A stretch of 60,609 bases of DNA, filler included, from Porpidia crustulata (taxonomy: Eukaryota), in NCBI GenBank assembly GCA_964255105.1. It is 11 parts of 11 records of this genome, joined end to end, with 100 filler letters (N's around TTAATTAATTAA, not from the genome) between each part and the next. Parts side by side here need not be neighbours in the genome. Positions count along the whole stretch, not along the records: positions 22,102 to 27,524 come from CAXUWE010001818.1; positions 27,625 to 33,046 come from CAXUWE010001819.1; positions 33,147 to 38,566 come from CAXUWE010001820.1; 8 more parts are not named here. One strand, given 5' to 3'. The notes under the pieces are model-generated. The model was given only the letters and a program-made list of their open reading frames with translations, was not told the origin of the DNA and did no database searches. Positions 24,056 through 36,346 of the stretch are shown here, piece by piece (positions within the stretch are counted from its first letter, which is position 1; each line of letters begins with the position of its first letter). The position numbers and the translations under genes are program-made.

Positions 24056-27000
24056 ATGATAGAGAGGGCAGCAGGATGCCTGGAACAAGGAGGACGATGC
24101 CTCCTTCGCGTACCCAACAAACCTTTTCGAAGTCGAAGATTACTCCACTCCACGTTTTGGTCCCATGGCGCCGGTGACATTGACCTACCCTCCTGGTGGA
24201 TTGCGCTTTTGCAAGTTCGACAAACCCCATGTGTTTCTCTTTCTCCAGGGTCCCTCACAGATATATCACAAGAGAGAGGGCTGATGGACTTCCTGTATCC
24301 GGCGCAAACCGTGGCATTTTTCCAACAACTTATCAGCAAAGATGTGACAACTTTGCTTGACTACCGCCGACGACGGAATGCTTATCTTCGTGCGAGAACT
24401 TTCAGTTCCGCCGCGTCAAATCGCCTTAGCAGTCTCAGTCAGCAGGAGCCGCTACTTCGAACAGGCCCCGAGGAGGACGATCTTCGAGAAAAACTGAGTG
24501 GACTACTGGAAACCGATGCCTCTGTTGAAAATAATGAAGACATATGGCGGACTTATCAAAGTCTAAAAGAGATGTCGTTTTCCTTATCTCCAGTCGAGTC
24601 GACAAAGCTACTTCGACATTTAAGCACATCGACAAGAATGATTGACCTTGAAAGGTCGTTGGTGCTCTTTGATCATATACCCACTCTTGAACGTCAGGCA
24701 GTCCATTACGACAATGCGGTGGTTGCAGCACTCAGCCAGAATGAGCTGGAGATCGCTCTCAAATGCCATCGTGAAGCTCTATCACGAGTTCAAGGTTCTT
24801 TTGGAACTTCTGCCGTTTTACGATATGCAGTCCAGAACAGGCAGTTCGAGTCAGCAATTGAGGCATGGCATGGATATTGCGTTCATAAGCAGATATCTCA
24901 AAAACAACCGGACGTATGGAATGGTGTCGATGATATACCTCTAACCGAGTTACTGCGGAGGGCTGCTTCGGCCATACATTTTACATTTAAGGTGGTAAAA
25001 CCCACGAGCCATCAGGCCGGTACTAAGGCTTGTGATTTTTCTCTACAGCTCATATCACGCTCGTTCGCCCGGCACGGAGTAATGTTTGATCCAGCAAGGT
25101 CTACGGTTCTCATGAAAAAGGCTACGCGGCTGTTATACTCTTTCAATGCCTTAGAGGAGTGGGGAAAGACATTTTACAACTCGGCAATTACACAATTACT
25201 CTCAATCGACACTCCGGACCATTTGGATGCCGCCATCATTCTGTACAAGCGGATGCGGAAAGTTTTAAATACGATCCCTGAACCCACTGTGATGGAAGGA
25301 CTATTGAACCGCTGCTGTGCTATTCAAAGTACCGCTGAGATTCTCATGCTGCTTGAGGATTACCGAAAGTATGATAACGATATTCCCAAAGAAGCATTTA
25401 AGCCGACGATCCGAGCATTGGCTCAATCGGGAGACACTCAGACGCTTCAGAGCTTGTTCGAAGAACATCGAACACGCTTTGGAACCCCTACCGAACCTAG
25501 TCTGGTCAACTCGCTACTCTATGTATACTTCAGGCGGGGGGAAGTTGAGCAGATTGTTCAAACCTTCCGGAGTATGCTGGAGAACTATGGATTTGTGCCT
25601 GATCTTAAATCTTGGAACCTTGTTCTGTCGACGTTTGCTCGTGTTGGTGATCGTGAAGGTGCCATGAAGTGGTTTACCAGACTGGTCGAAAGCGGATTGA
25701 AGCCAGATCATCAGACATATGCTACCATGATGAGGATGTATGCGAAGCGAGGTGACTTCGAAGCTGTGACTGATCTTTTACAACAGTCCAAGTCCAATAA
25801 TGTCAAATCAACAATGGCAATAGTGGAAACTATAGTCCTGGCCCAGGTTAATGATGATCAGTTGGATCTGGCATTGAAGACTGTCGAGGATAATTCGGGC
25901 TTGAAGGGGTCCCAAACTCGCGTTTGGAATATCCTCCTCAGCGCTCATGCAATGCGCTACGACCTGGAGAAAGTTTCCGAGATCTACAAACGCATGCAGG
26001 AAGCCAAAGTACCTGCTGACCATATGACTTACGCAGCACTACTGCAGAGCTTAGTGAATCTCAGACAACCTGTGGCCGCAAGAAAGATACTGATGAAGAT
26101 TATGCCTCGATCTAAGATACGCGTGAGCTCTTTCCACTATGCTATCGTGATGGGTGGATTCGTTGCAGTCAAAGACTACTTCAGTGTCTTTATGCTCTAC
26201 AACCGCATGCTGTCGCACAATACACAGCCCAGTTCCGCCGTTCGAAGCACAATCATAAAGGCAGCCGCGGGCATCGACATGCAGCAGGCTAGTGCGGATG
26301 GTATAGAAAGCGAGCAAATTAATTTGAACCGTGCTCAGGAGATCCTTGACCAGACTTTGGCGACAATGGATCCAATGGAACTTGCCGCCAATGAACCCAC
26401 CGGATTCGCTGGCATGGGTCGACTTGATGAAGCATTCACCTCCGCTTACTTCTCCTTCCTAACATTTGTCTATGGCCAATTGAAAGCATTCGACAAAGTC
26501 TCTGAGCTCCACCAGAAGTACTCCGCCACCCATCAGAAGTTCCACCGAAATGCCGAACCCAGCCCACCCCTCGAAATGCTCAGCGCCCTCATGGTATCCA
26601 ATCTCGCAGACAAAAATCATGACGAAGTCGAAAGATGCTGGTACCTCGCTCTCGACAAGGCCGAGAAACTTGCTCGGCGCTCCACATCTTCCGATCTCTC
26701 CGACCCAGGTTGGGTAATCCCCTACCGCCGCTTCATAATAGACATCCCGCTCCTGCACTACATGCGCTCCCTCGAAGCCCAGCGCCGCATCGACGACATA
26801 GCCGCCACCATTGACAGCCTCCGCCACTCCGGCTTCGAACTCACCAGCCGATCCTGGAACCTCTACGTCCAAATCCTCGTCCGCGACGGCCGCCACGCCC
26901 TCGCTTACCACACCTGCGAGCACCAACTCATCGACGGCTGGCCCGGCTGGGAGAAACTCGGCAACACCTGGGGCCTCAAGACCCGCTTCCGCAAGCTCCA

Positions 27001-27202
27001 GCCCAAGCGCCTGGCCCAGAAGGAGCGCATGCCGAATTACCCGACGCTCGTGTACCTGGCGAGCGCCTACATGGACGCGCAGTCCGAGTCCAGTAACCGG
27101 ATGGAGGAGCTGATCAGGGCTGCGCCGAGGACAGTGGCGGCGGTGCAGAATATGCCGAAGACGGAGGATGAGTGGCAGACTTGGCTGTTGAAGAGATATT
27201 GA
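24056..27202 (+). CDS. Mitochondrial pentatricopeptide repeat protein, Cya-5/Pet309-like (COX1 translation)
   Basis: N-terminus MIERAAGCLE...LHSTFWSHGAGDIDLP; multiple PPR motifs (PDLKSWNLVL, PDHQTYATMM, ADHMTYAALL). Confidence 0.85.
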   Translation: MIERAAGCLEQGGRCLLRVPNKPFRSRRLLHSTFWSHGAGDIDLPSWWIALLQVRQTPCVSLSPGSLTDISQERGLMDFLYPAQTVAFFQQLISKDVTTLLDYRRRRNAYLRARTFSSAASNRLSSLSQQEPLLRTGPEEDDLREKLSGLLETDASVENNEDIWRTYQSLKEMSFSLSPVESTKLLRHLSTSTRMIDLERSLVLFDHIPTLERQAVHYDNAVVAALSQNELEIALKCHREALSRVQGSFGTSAVLRYAVQNRQFESAIEAWHGYCVHKQISQKQPDVWNGVDDIPLTELLRRAASAIHFTFKVVKPTSHQAGTKACDFSLQLISRSFARHGVMFDPARSTVLMKKATRLLYSFNALEEWGKTFYNSAITQLLSIDTPDHLDAAIILYKRMRKVLNTIPEPTVMEGLLNRCCAIQSTAEILMLLEDYRKYDNDIPKEAFKPTIRALAQSGDTQTLQSLFEEHRTRFGTPTEPSLVNSLLYVYFRRGEVEQIVQTFRSMLENYGFVPDLKSWNLVLSTFARVGDREGAMKWFTRLVESGLKPDHQTYATMMRMYAKRGDFEAVTDLLQQSKSNNVKSTMAIVETIVLAQVNDDQLDLALKTVEDNSGLKGSQTRVWNILLSAHAMRYDLEKVSEIYKRMQEAKVPADHMTYAALLQSLVNLRQPVAARKILMKIMPRSKIRVSSFHYAIVMGGFVAVKDYFSVFMLYNRMLSHNTQPSSAVRSTIIKAAAGIDMQQASADGIESEQINLNRAQEILDQTLATMDPMELAANEPTGFAGMGRLDEAFTSAYFSFLTFVYGQLKAFDKVSELHQKYSATHQKFHRNAEPSPPLEMLSALMVSNLADKNHDEVERCWYLALDKAEKLARRSTSSDLSDPGWVIPYRRFIIDIPLLHYMRSLEAQRRIDDIAATIDSLRHSGFELTSRSWNLYVQILVRDGRHALAYHTCEHQLIDGWPGWEKLGNTWGLKTRFRKLQPKRLAQKERMPNYPTLVYLASAYMDAQSESSNRMEELIRAAPRTVAAVQNMPKTEDEWQTWLLKRY

Positions 27203-27624
27203 GGAGCCTTTCTTCGGGTAATGGGACGAGCGGCGATGACGGCGAAGAAAATGGGGTGTGAGGCGTTTGGGTCGGTGGGATTGCATGGAACGGAGCCCTC
27301 TTTTTTTTTGGTGGATCTTGAGTGGGATGGATCTACAGACGTTTGGCGCGATTGGAAATAAGTTCTTCAATCACTATAGATTTTCAAAGCTGGATAATCC
27401 CATTCCCTTATCCTTCACCGGTAACCCTCGTGGCCATTCCCGACATTATCTCACACCTAGACCCGCCAAAGTATCAAATCGTCTGTTTTGATGTCAAGGC
27501 AGAGAACACCGCACACATCATATCNNNNNNNNNNNNNNNNNNNNNNNNNNNNNNNNNNNNNNNNNNNNTTAATTAATTAANNNNNNNNNNNNNNNNNNNN
27601 NNNNNNNNNNNNNNNNNNNNNNNN

Positions 27625-29229
27625 GGTGGGTTGAGCGCGGTTTGCCAGGACAGAAGGCGAGATTTGAGGGAGGACACCCTATTGGCTGCGGTGGAGATGG
27701 CGGTAGCGGTGAGACGGCCGGATGCAATGGCAGCGTAGATGGCGTGTATGCTTGCGATTTGAGTGGTGTAATCATTTGCCAGTCGGACCATGTCACACCC
27801 CGAAAGCAGGGCTCGTAGCGGCGCGTGTTTGACACATATGTTGGTTTCAGATGGAATTTCGGAGCAGTTGGACACCACTGGCTTTTCGAATCCTAGGCGC
27901 TGGCGAATGATCGTCCTGATGGCTAATTCAATTGTTCGGCTCGCTCTGACAGTATCCCCAAGCTCGTGAACCGCTGCAGTCAATTGCACGCTGTCAAAAG
28001 ACTCCCATTTCATGAAAGCTAATGGCCAACTACCCTCGAGCTCTTTCAAAGCTTCGAGGGCCTCTTCCTCGGATAAATCCGTATCATAGAACCTATAGAG
28101 GTTTTGAATCTCGGCCGCCAGGGTCTCCGTGGCGCACGAAATAACACCGCTTGCGCGCAGACCTTGAGTGAACGCTATGACGTTTTCACTGACAGCCTCG
28201 CGATCGTCCCCAAATCGGCGCGAGACGTCCAAAGGTTCTGTGAGATCGTCGATAGTGTCGTGGGTTGGTGCAAAGTCCCAATTGATCCCAACTGCTGCCA
28301 GTTCTTGCCCGATTGCTCTTGCAATTCTCGAGGTCCTCGATGTTGTTTGAGTAGCGGCTAGACATAATGGGCCAGGGAATTGGGTTGATTGTATGCCATC
28401 GGAAAAATGGCTAACCTATGGTGGATATGTTTTAGCCTTCAAATCTATTACTTCTGAAAGCAAGGCTAATATCAATGGCAGTGCAGTGCTGCTGTGTTCG
28501 ACTCTTTTCCGCTCCAGCACAATCTCGATTTGGCATCGTTCGTTGTAACGAGAAGGCAATGCAGTTTGAATCGTTATCAAAGACTTGCACATCTGGACAA
28601 TCGAATGGATGCACGTCGATCGTTCGGGTCGCAGTCTGGCGATGTGATAGACGTCGCAGCGCCACTGTTGTGCTCCATTGCACCTTCCTGCGGCTTCAAC
28701 AAAAGGATCCACTCACCAGTCCACCCTCCTGCTCAATGCCAATCAGGAGAGGCTCATCATGACCTGCAAATTTTGCGAGTTGCTGGTGTCGTTGTGTGAG
28801 GTTGGTGGCTTGAGCAGAATCTGTTTGCCAACGGATTAGTCCGCTACAACGGAAAATTTCAATGGAATTGTTCAAACCACGGATGTCTGCCGCTGCGAGA
28901 ACGATGTTGCCGACATGATAATCCGAAATGAGCACTCGAGTCTCTGGAAGAGGAAGTCGGCCTGTAAAGGCAACGAGAAGATCTTGGCCCAAGAGTCTGG
29001 CATTTGGCCGTGTGAGCTTCTGAACTTCTCCTGGTAGGCCTGGAGGTTGGGAACCTTTTCAGCCGATCGTCGATAGCGACAGGACTAGTGCTGTAAACGG
29101 CCAAGTCGCAACACTCATGCTGCAGAAAAGGAGTCAGACAGGTTGACCTTAGTGGTTTTAGGCACGAGGTAGTTCCCGCAGGAGGGGTTTGGGTTTGGAT
29201 CCACCCACTCGTACCACTAATACTGCCAT
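27625..29229 (-). CDS. GH3 beta-N-acetylglucosaminidase-fold protein with degenerate active site (Ngs1/Nag3-like), 3' truncated
   Basis: LLIGIEQEGGLV, TQFPGPLCLAAT, ELAAVGINWDFAP, RRFGDD, LGFEKPVVSNC, SGCDMV and SWQTALNP motifs; the 5' exons are tentative. Confidence 0.8.
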
Positions 29230-31529
29230 TGATTCCGCCCTAAATGCTCTCCCGTGAGCAGTCCCACGGCTCTGGGTAAGGAACCTTCCGCTTCAAATTG
29301 GGAAATAGTCGGTACGAGACAGAAGAAAGGCTGGCTGCTCAAGAAAACTCTCGCGTCGAGAGACATCTAATGTAATTCGAGACTATATAGAGCCTAGAAT
29401 ACGGCTAGCATGTAAAGGTGCCTTGTGCTGATTCGAGGAGATCCTCCTCACAGGCGTGCAAATCACCCGAGTTTGCAGGAGATCGACCAGTGAGTCTGCC
29501 AGCTGCGTCGATGCACGTAATCATCGTAGAACAAACAGGGGTTTTCTCCGTCCTCTGATTCCTTCCGACGCTAATCCTAGCTCTTTGGTTTGCGAACGGG
29601 ACGGTCAAATCCGGCAAGACATGAAGGTTAAACAGGGAACGTTAAGTAGGACAAATGGGAGAATGATCCATTGCCGGCCTAGACTGCGCTGGCAGCAAAG
29701 ACGTGATGCATTGAGCATGCATCATCGAATGGAAAGTTCCATCAACGAGCAGGGTCCTAGGAGTTGGAGTAGATGGGAAGGTCACACGCCTTACTGGAAA
29801 GCTTGTCTGCATTATGTACGCCTCGATGACGGTTGTCCAATCGTATGATTCTGAGCGCTCAGGCGCGAGCGCCAAGAAGAGCATAAATGGGCCTCAAATG
29901 TGTGAGTGATTTGATTACTTGCAATTTCTCAGACGGGATGAAAGCCGTAGGTACGGCTTCCTAGGCAGACGTGTCCGCGCTCCATTAATTCGAGTAGCGT
30001 CAGATTTGGATATATATGGCAAGGCAATTTTAAGATTCGGAAGCAGCATTAATTTCAACGCTTGACATCATACTTACGGTGCCAAAACGCTAGATGGAGG
30101 ATGCGGGTCCTGACGTTGAGGAGGCTGATTCTCAGGACCCCTAAGAAATCTGTTTACGGAGCGGAGCATCGATGGCTCGGTGTATCGGAACCAACGATGG
30201 TCCATGTGGAGCTGACACCAACTTGAGGGTCGTCGAGTTGCTGTGCCCGGACAACTGTTGGGGGCGTTGGAATCAAGAGAATAGCTTTCGTTCCGTTTCG
30301 GGGCTCCTTCCTTAGGAGGAGGTTAGGAGGTTGCGGTGGGGCTGTGCTGTGGGAATCTCCACTACCGTGGAGAGTATATGCGACGATTTGTCCAGCGATG
30401 AAGAGAAAGCAGGTAGAAGCTTGCGTAGGCAGAGATACTGCCAGTGCGATAGTCTTAGTGTTGTGGAGTTGATATGTGTTTCCAAAAGGAGGACATGTAA
30501 GGCTGAAATGGCATCTGAGATCTCTACATGATCGAGAGTTCTACAGAGTCTCTGCCCGCGAGATCCGAAAGAGATCTTCAGGTACAAAGCTCACTTGGTG
30601 CGCTCAAGTTCTCCACCCTCGTGCGTAAGAATTGTAGTGGTTTGTAGTTAATTGTGTGCGTTGAGTCCTCATGCAACTTGTGCCATATCCGGCTAGACTC
30701 AACGACTTCAATGTCAACTTCAACTTCAATTCATATTACATTGAACCATCAAAATATGCGTCCTTGACACTCGTCTACCGAAAGACTTCTAAGTGCCATC
30801 TATTGGTCTCAAGGTTGACATCGAGTCACTGTCCACCATGAATAACGCAGCCTCTGGGATCATCCAAACTAAGAAGTTGAAGAGCATGAGCTACAAGTCC
30901 GTAGCCAGAATAGATCAGATGAAAGCTGATATCGCTACACCTCATAACCATGATAGACCCGAGGCAATTTGGAGTTCTGGCTCAAGCCATATAAGTGAAG
31001 AGTCTAGTGTCGAAGTAACCATCAGCTTGGAGGTCCGCACCTTTGCTGACTGTCAACGATCTCACCTTTTGACGCACACCTATCCTATTGATCACAAACA
31101 TAATAGCAGACTTCCATCTCCTGCGTTTCGCATGTAATTCTTGAAGACGTGAACTATTTAGGTGAATTCGAATAATCTACGTATTCTTGCAACTTACCTT
31201 GATCGAGGACAACCTTCACATTGGAGATTTGATTTTGGAATAATCATTCAAAGAGTTGAGATAAGAGCCACTGATCAGATCATCGATATGGTTTAACAGA
31301 TGCACGACTATGTAGACCTGCCAGAGTCGAAGATAGAAAAACTGGCCTACATCTCAAATCCAATGCATTCGTTCCAGGGCAGCTAGATTCTCGTCAAATG
31401 TTTATGAAAGTTCTCATATCTTCCTTTGATTTCAATGTCAACTACTCCAAAATCCTTATTGAATACTATTCCGCCTTCAATATTTGAGGTCCTGCTGACC
31501 CTCCTTGCGCCATTATTCAGCGTGGCATT

Positions 31530-32403
31530 CTAACTACATATTCCAAAAGGTTTTTGGCATCCGTTTCCACAAAACGCTGGTGCTGAGCCACTGTGCTTAT
31601 ATGTTAGCGTTTTATCAAGCAAGCAACCTCGTTTTGCTTTTTCTTTTCGACGTTCTACATACCAGTACCCAAATTGACTGCAACAGTTCCCCGGCGTGCA
31701 AATGTACGCGTTCGCACCACCGCATGACCCATCGGGCGATGGTATCGGAGTTGTCGAGCATGCGCCATAGAGTGGTTGGCACCCGGTTCCACAGAACGCC
31801 GCTGCTGAGCCACTAAAGCAAAGACAGAATCACCGTCAACAAACAACGTCCGGTATATGACAATATAAGCCAAAGGAAGTAAAATTTCAATTTTGTAAAG
31901 CAGACGGGGTAAACGGCAGCTTCCAAGAAAACGGAGCGGTTTCTATTGACTAAGGAAATGGGCAAAAAGGCATACCAATAGCCGTATTGACTGCAACATA
32001 GACCATCTCCACATTTCACCGAATTTGCGCCGCCGCAGCTGCCATCCGGTGGAGGTGGAGGCTGAATACCGCATGAGCCGAAGCTGGCTTGACAGCCGTT
32101 GCCACAAAAGGCATCGCTCGAGCCACTGTTGGAGATGAATCGTCTGGGATTAGCATACGGGAACGAAGAGTGGATGGAACAAATGGCAACATGACAGGCA
32201 ATTTCATACCAGTAACCAAACTGGCTACAACAATTGCCGGTTGGGCAGGTGTATCCCACCGCGCCGCCGCAAGAACCGTCGGGGGAGATTGCGCGAGGCG
32301 CCAGTGAAGAAGAAAGGTCTCGGGAGGGAATTTCGGGTATCTTCGCAATGGCTGCTAAGCCCCGACTCGGAAGTACGAGGAGTGCAAGGAATTTGAGGTG
32401 CAT
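31530..32403 (-). CDS. Secreted non-catalytic lectin with three hevein (CBM18) chitin-binding domains; introns 32126-32209, 31813-31975, 31591-31662
   Basis: Signal peptide, then three copies of PDGSCGG...CCSQ(F/Y)GYCGS..AFCG.GCQ..(F/Y)G.C; stop TAG at 31530-31532. Confidence 0.9.
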
Positions 32404-33146
32404 CTTGAACGCAAAAGAATGTGATGCACTTTGTATTATTGTTGGAGGAAAATAGAGAAACACCAGCTGTGTTATGTAATATCAAAATCAATGCTAGAAG
32501 TTGGGTAAAATCGAGGATTCCCTTGACTCCACAACTTTGAATCATCCTCGTAGCTGTCCACCCACTCAGCCTATATAGTCGAGCGAGCGGTGAGGGGCAG
32601 AGTGCAACGCTGAGGGAATATGCAGCTTGCTGATACATCGAAGCAGCTGAGGGTAAAATCACTTGGCGGGCCCCCTCGTATAATAGCAAATGGAATAAAA
32701 GTAAGTTATTTGAAAGTGAGGACTTGGGATGTATTCGATGATCCGCAAATATTCCGATATTCTCAGCTTGTCTTGAGATTATTTTGAGGATTTTCGGTTT
32801 TATGTAGGTAGGCATGATTACTGATCCACGAATCCTCACACCCTCAGTATCTCAACCGTGTAAGTGAATAAGCCCGGAGCGCACAAATCCACCGCACACT
32901 TGACAGCGCACAAAAGCGCTCTGTACTCACAGCCACTCGCATCAGCCACCACAACTCAGGTACACGACGGGTACCTCATCACCCTCATCACTATCACCTA
33001 TCCACTTCCGCCCCGCTTGGTATCTATTTCGCCATCTCCCCTCCGCNNNNNNNNNNNNNNNNNNNNNNNNNNNNNNNNNNNNNNNNNNNNTTAATTAATT
33101 AANNNNNNNNNNNNNNNNNNNNNNNNNNNNNNNNNNNNNNNNNNNN

Positions 33147-35175
33147 ACCCTCCCTCCAAACTCCCCTGAACCTACCCCACAGCCCATTGTCCCCATTCAC
33201 AACCTCATCCTTGGCCAACGAGACCTGCGCCCAGCGCCCAATGACTTTCAAACGATCGATCGGCGAGCCCAAAAGACGGTTGTTACCCTGCACGATGCGG
33301 AAATTGCGGGCGATGAAGATGAGCTCTTTGGGGATTTTGTCGGGATTTGAGAGGAAGGTGGTGGCGTCAAATTTGCCGTGGGGAGATTCGCCAAGTTGGG
33401 GCTCATCTACGTCTGCGGCATCTGTTGATGTTTCTGAGCACGCTATTAGCCTGCAAGCGTGAACGGAAAGAATAGATAGACTGCTACCTTTTTCTTCCAC
33501 GTCGTCTGTTTGGGCAGCACGCATGAAGTCCTTCGAAGCTTCTTGCATGGATTCGAGCGTAAGGATCTTTGACAATACTTCGACGTTTCCAAATCCCCAT
33601 GCCTCTGCGATCTGTAGCAGGCCAGTCGTGTCAAATGTCAGAAGGGAGCGCCAGAAGAGGGCCAATTCGTGACGAAGCTTTGGGTTGATAGAGACGTAGA
33701 GGCCGTGGTCGAGAAGGACCTGAAAGGCATGTAAGCGGGAGACTTGAATTTGGATATGGTTTCAGGTATTTGAACTCTGAACAACGTACCAACTCGGGTT
33801 TACCGTTGGGTAAGCGCCTGATCAGAATATTCCCAGGATGCTTGCGCATACGTTAGCGGCATATACCAAAATCAAATATGGACTGATGATTATTACAGGA
33901 TCACAGTGAACCTGCCCAAACAGGAAGGTTTGCGCACAGAACAGATCTAGCATCACAGACATGATGTCTCTTTCACGAAGGCCCAGCCCACTAAGTTCGT
34001 GTAATGGTGTACCGCCTGGCGACGTTTTCGCCGTTATTGGTGTACCTGTGGCTGCACCTGGGTTCCAAGACCCCGTCAAGAGCTCAGCCTCGGATATGGG
34101 AACGCCGTCAATCCACTCTGCGACCATTACACGCTTCGTGCAGAGAGCTGAGTACGTCTTAGGAATGTGGACGATGTCCCGCAATCGCGGCTCTTGTTCG
34201 ATGCTTTTACGCATATACTCTGCATTGGAGACTTCATTTAAGAAGTCAGTCTCCGAAACGACCCGATCCGTGAAGAAATCGGTCAAGCTTGCACGGAAAG
34301 CTGAAGGGATGTCCCTGGCAAAAAAATATGTCATGGTCCTTTGAAAGGTCAGCACTCTGTTCGTGTGGCATCTGAAACACCAATCTAGAAGTTTCAAGGG
34401 CGTACGAAAATACCCATAGATCCCATCGTATCTGTTGCTCAATGGCTGGTTTCTGTATCTTGACGGCGACTGCGTCCCCTGTATCTTTAAGACAAGCTTT
34501 ATGAACTTGAGCAATACTCGCACTGCCAACAGGCTCGCTCTCGAAGCTACCTGGAGCGAATAACGAATCCAAGACGGCTTCAGGGGAAGACGCTGTGGAA
34601 GGTATGTCGAACTCTTGTCGAAGTACTTCAGCAACTTCGTTCAAGCTCACTGACGGGCAGTCATCGTAGAACGTTGCAAACTTTGCTCGAAGTTCGGGGG
34701 GCATCGTCGTCGATTGCAGGGCGATACCTTGCCCAATCTTTTGGTAGATTCCCCCATTCGACTTGAACATCTTGAAGAATCGTTCTGCGTTGCGCTCCCG
34801 TAGTTTTTTCGCGTCGCCATATTCTCCAAGCAGGCGCTGCGTTTGATTATCGACAGTAACAACAGCGAAGGTCGACACAGCTCTAAGATTACGGGTCAAG
34901 GTAGAGTAATTATATTGACGATCATATATGTAGACGCTACAAATCGTTATACCAGCTGCAAGTAGTGTGCCATAGCCTCGACGACGGCGCGGGCTGGCTT
35001 TTCGCTCCCAGCCTGGAGCATGACTTCGAGCACCTAGGCTGCTCGTTTCCGCAAGTTTGCCGAAGCTGCTGGAAGCTCGCAAGAGGTGATGAGGGAGAAA
35101 ACTTGGCGTACTATAAGAACCGACACTCTTAAATCTCAAGCATTGACCATGACCAAGAAATTTGGTCATCACCAT
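33147..35175 (-). CDS. ABC1/UbiB atypical kinase (ADCK/Mcp2-like, probably mitochondrial), 3' truncated
   Basis: GGIYQKIGQ, GSASIAQVHKA, VAVKIQKP, HCDP/HPGNILIR and LDHGLY motifs. Confidence 0.9.
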
Positions 35176-36346
35176 CAGAGGGTAAGCACACAATTATCGA
35201 CAGCGTGAGAGTCAGCAACGTTGATCGTGACAAACAAGCATGTGAACCACAACAATTCTTCGAGCCTGAGATACAGCTTCCCAAGGCTTCTCTAAAGTCG
35301 TAATTAAGTACCGAGGTGGGATATCAATCTACCTTGATATCTCCGCGATAAGTCCGTCACCAGTGAGATGTTTGGAGTTTGGTACAAATACAGGGTTGAC
35401 GTTGATGTATATCTTAGCTGCTAGTGATTGATGACTTGTATGGTTATGGGACTGCTGCCTGTTAATATACTCTGCTGTACCTACTAATGTTGGAGATATT
35501 ACTGTGGCGCTTGGTGTTGACCTACACGCAAATAGACCAACCTTGCCTTACGAAGAGGTAATTACGTCAGGTACAAATCTTAGGGTCCAAGATCACAGCT
35601 CCGTATTGATGCCACCGACCTGCAGGGACTGGGACTGTTGCCTAGAAGGCCTAGAAGTTTCAGTCGTATGTTTTATCGACAGCCCCGCGGCTTAGATAGT
35701 GCGCTACAAGTAAGTGCTGACACCTCCTGCATAAGGCGTTTTGAGCTTTCATTACAATGGTGGTTCTCCCGGCTCAAAGTCACATCCTTCATTTGAATCG
35801 ACAGCACCTTCAAGTGGCAGTTTGCGCCCATCTCACAGTAGCCAGAGCTTTGGTGTTTGTCCCATGGTTCAAATTCTGTCTCTTCTCCCTAAGCAGTTGT
35901 TCAAACGGTTGCAGTACTCTTCGGCTTACATCACGAAACCGAGAAGAAAGGCTATCTCTTAAGAAGGGGAGTTACTGACATCATATGGCTGTGACCCTAA
36001 TAAAAGATGCGCTATCCGGGAAAGAACATCAGCCAATCATTCACTCCGCTGGATCTCGACGAGATCAACCCTACAGACACATCAAGTAGTCCTCATAAGC
36101 ATGTGGTAGCAATTTGTTAATCAAGACTCCTTTTTGCTATTCACTTACACCTTGAATCACCTACTACCTGTCACCTATTTGCTAGATGTGAGTCTCTTAT
36201 TGGACGTCCCAGCCAGACCTTCCATTGGAGTTCAAATGCAATTATAGATCTGAATAGTACATGCTTCAACTTAAAAGATTCCGATCATCTTTTTCTATCT
36301 AGAAAGCACTCCATAATTTAATATTTCAAACTCTATCGCAGTGAGA

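Noticed and set aside
26459..27370. 303-aa antisense ORF over the PPR gene, and similar shadows over PAP2 and DUF3824
   Set aside because: Explained by GC-rich codon bias on the coding strand.
30100..31460. Short ORFs between the GH3 and hevein genes
   Set aside because: No recognisable domain; cannot be distinguished from chance ORFs.
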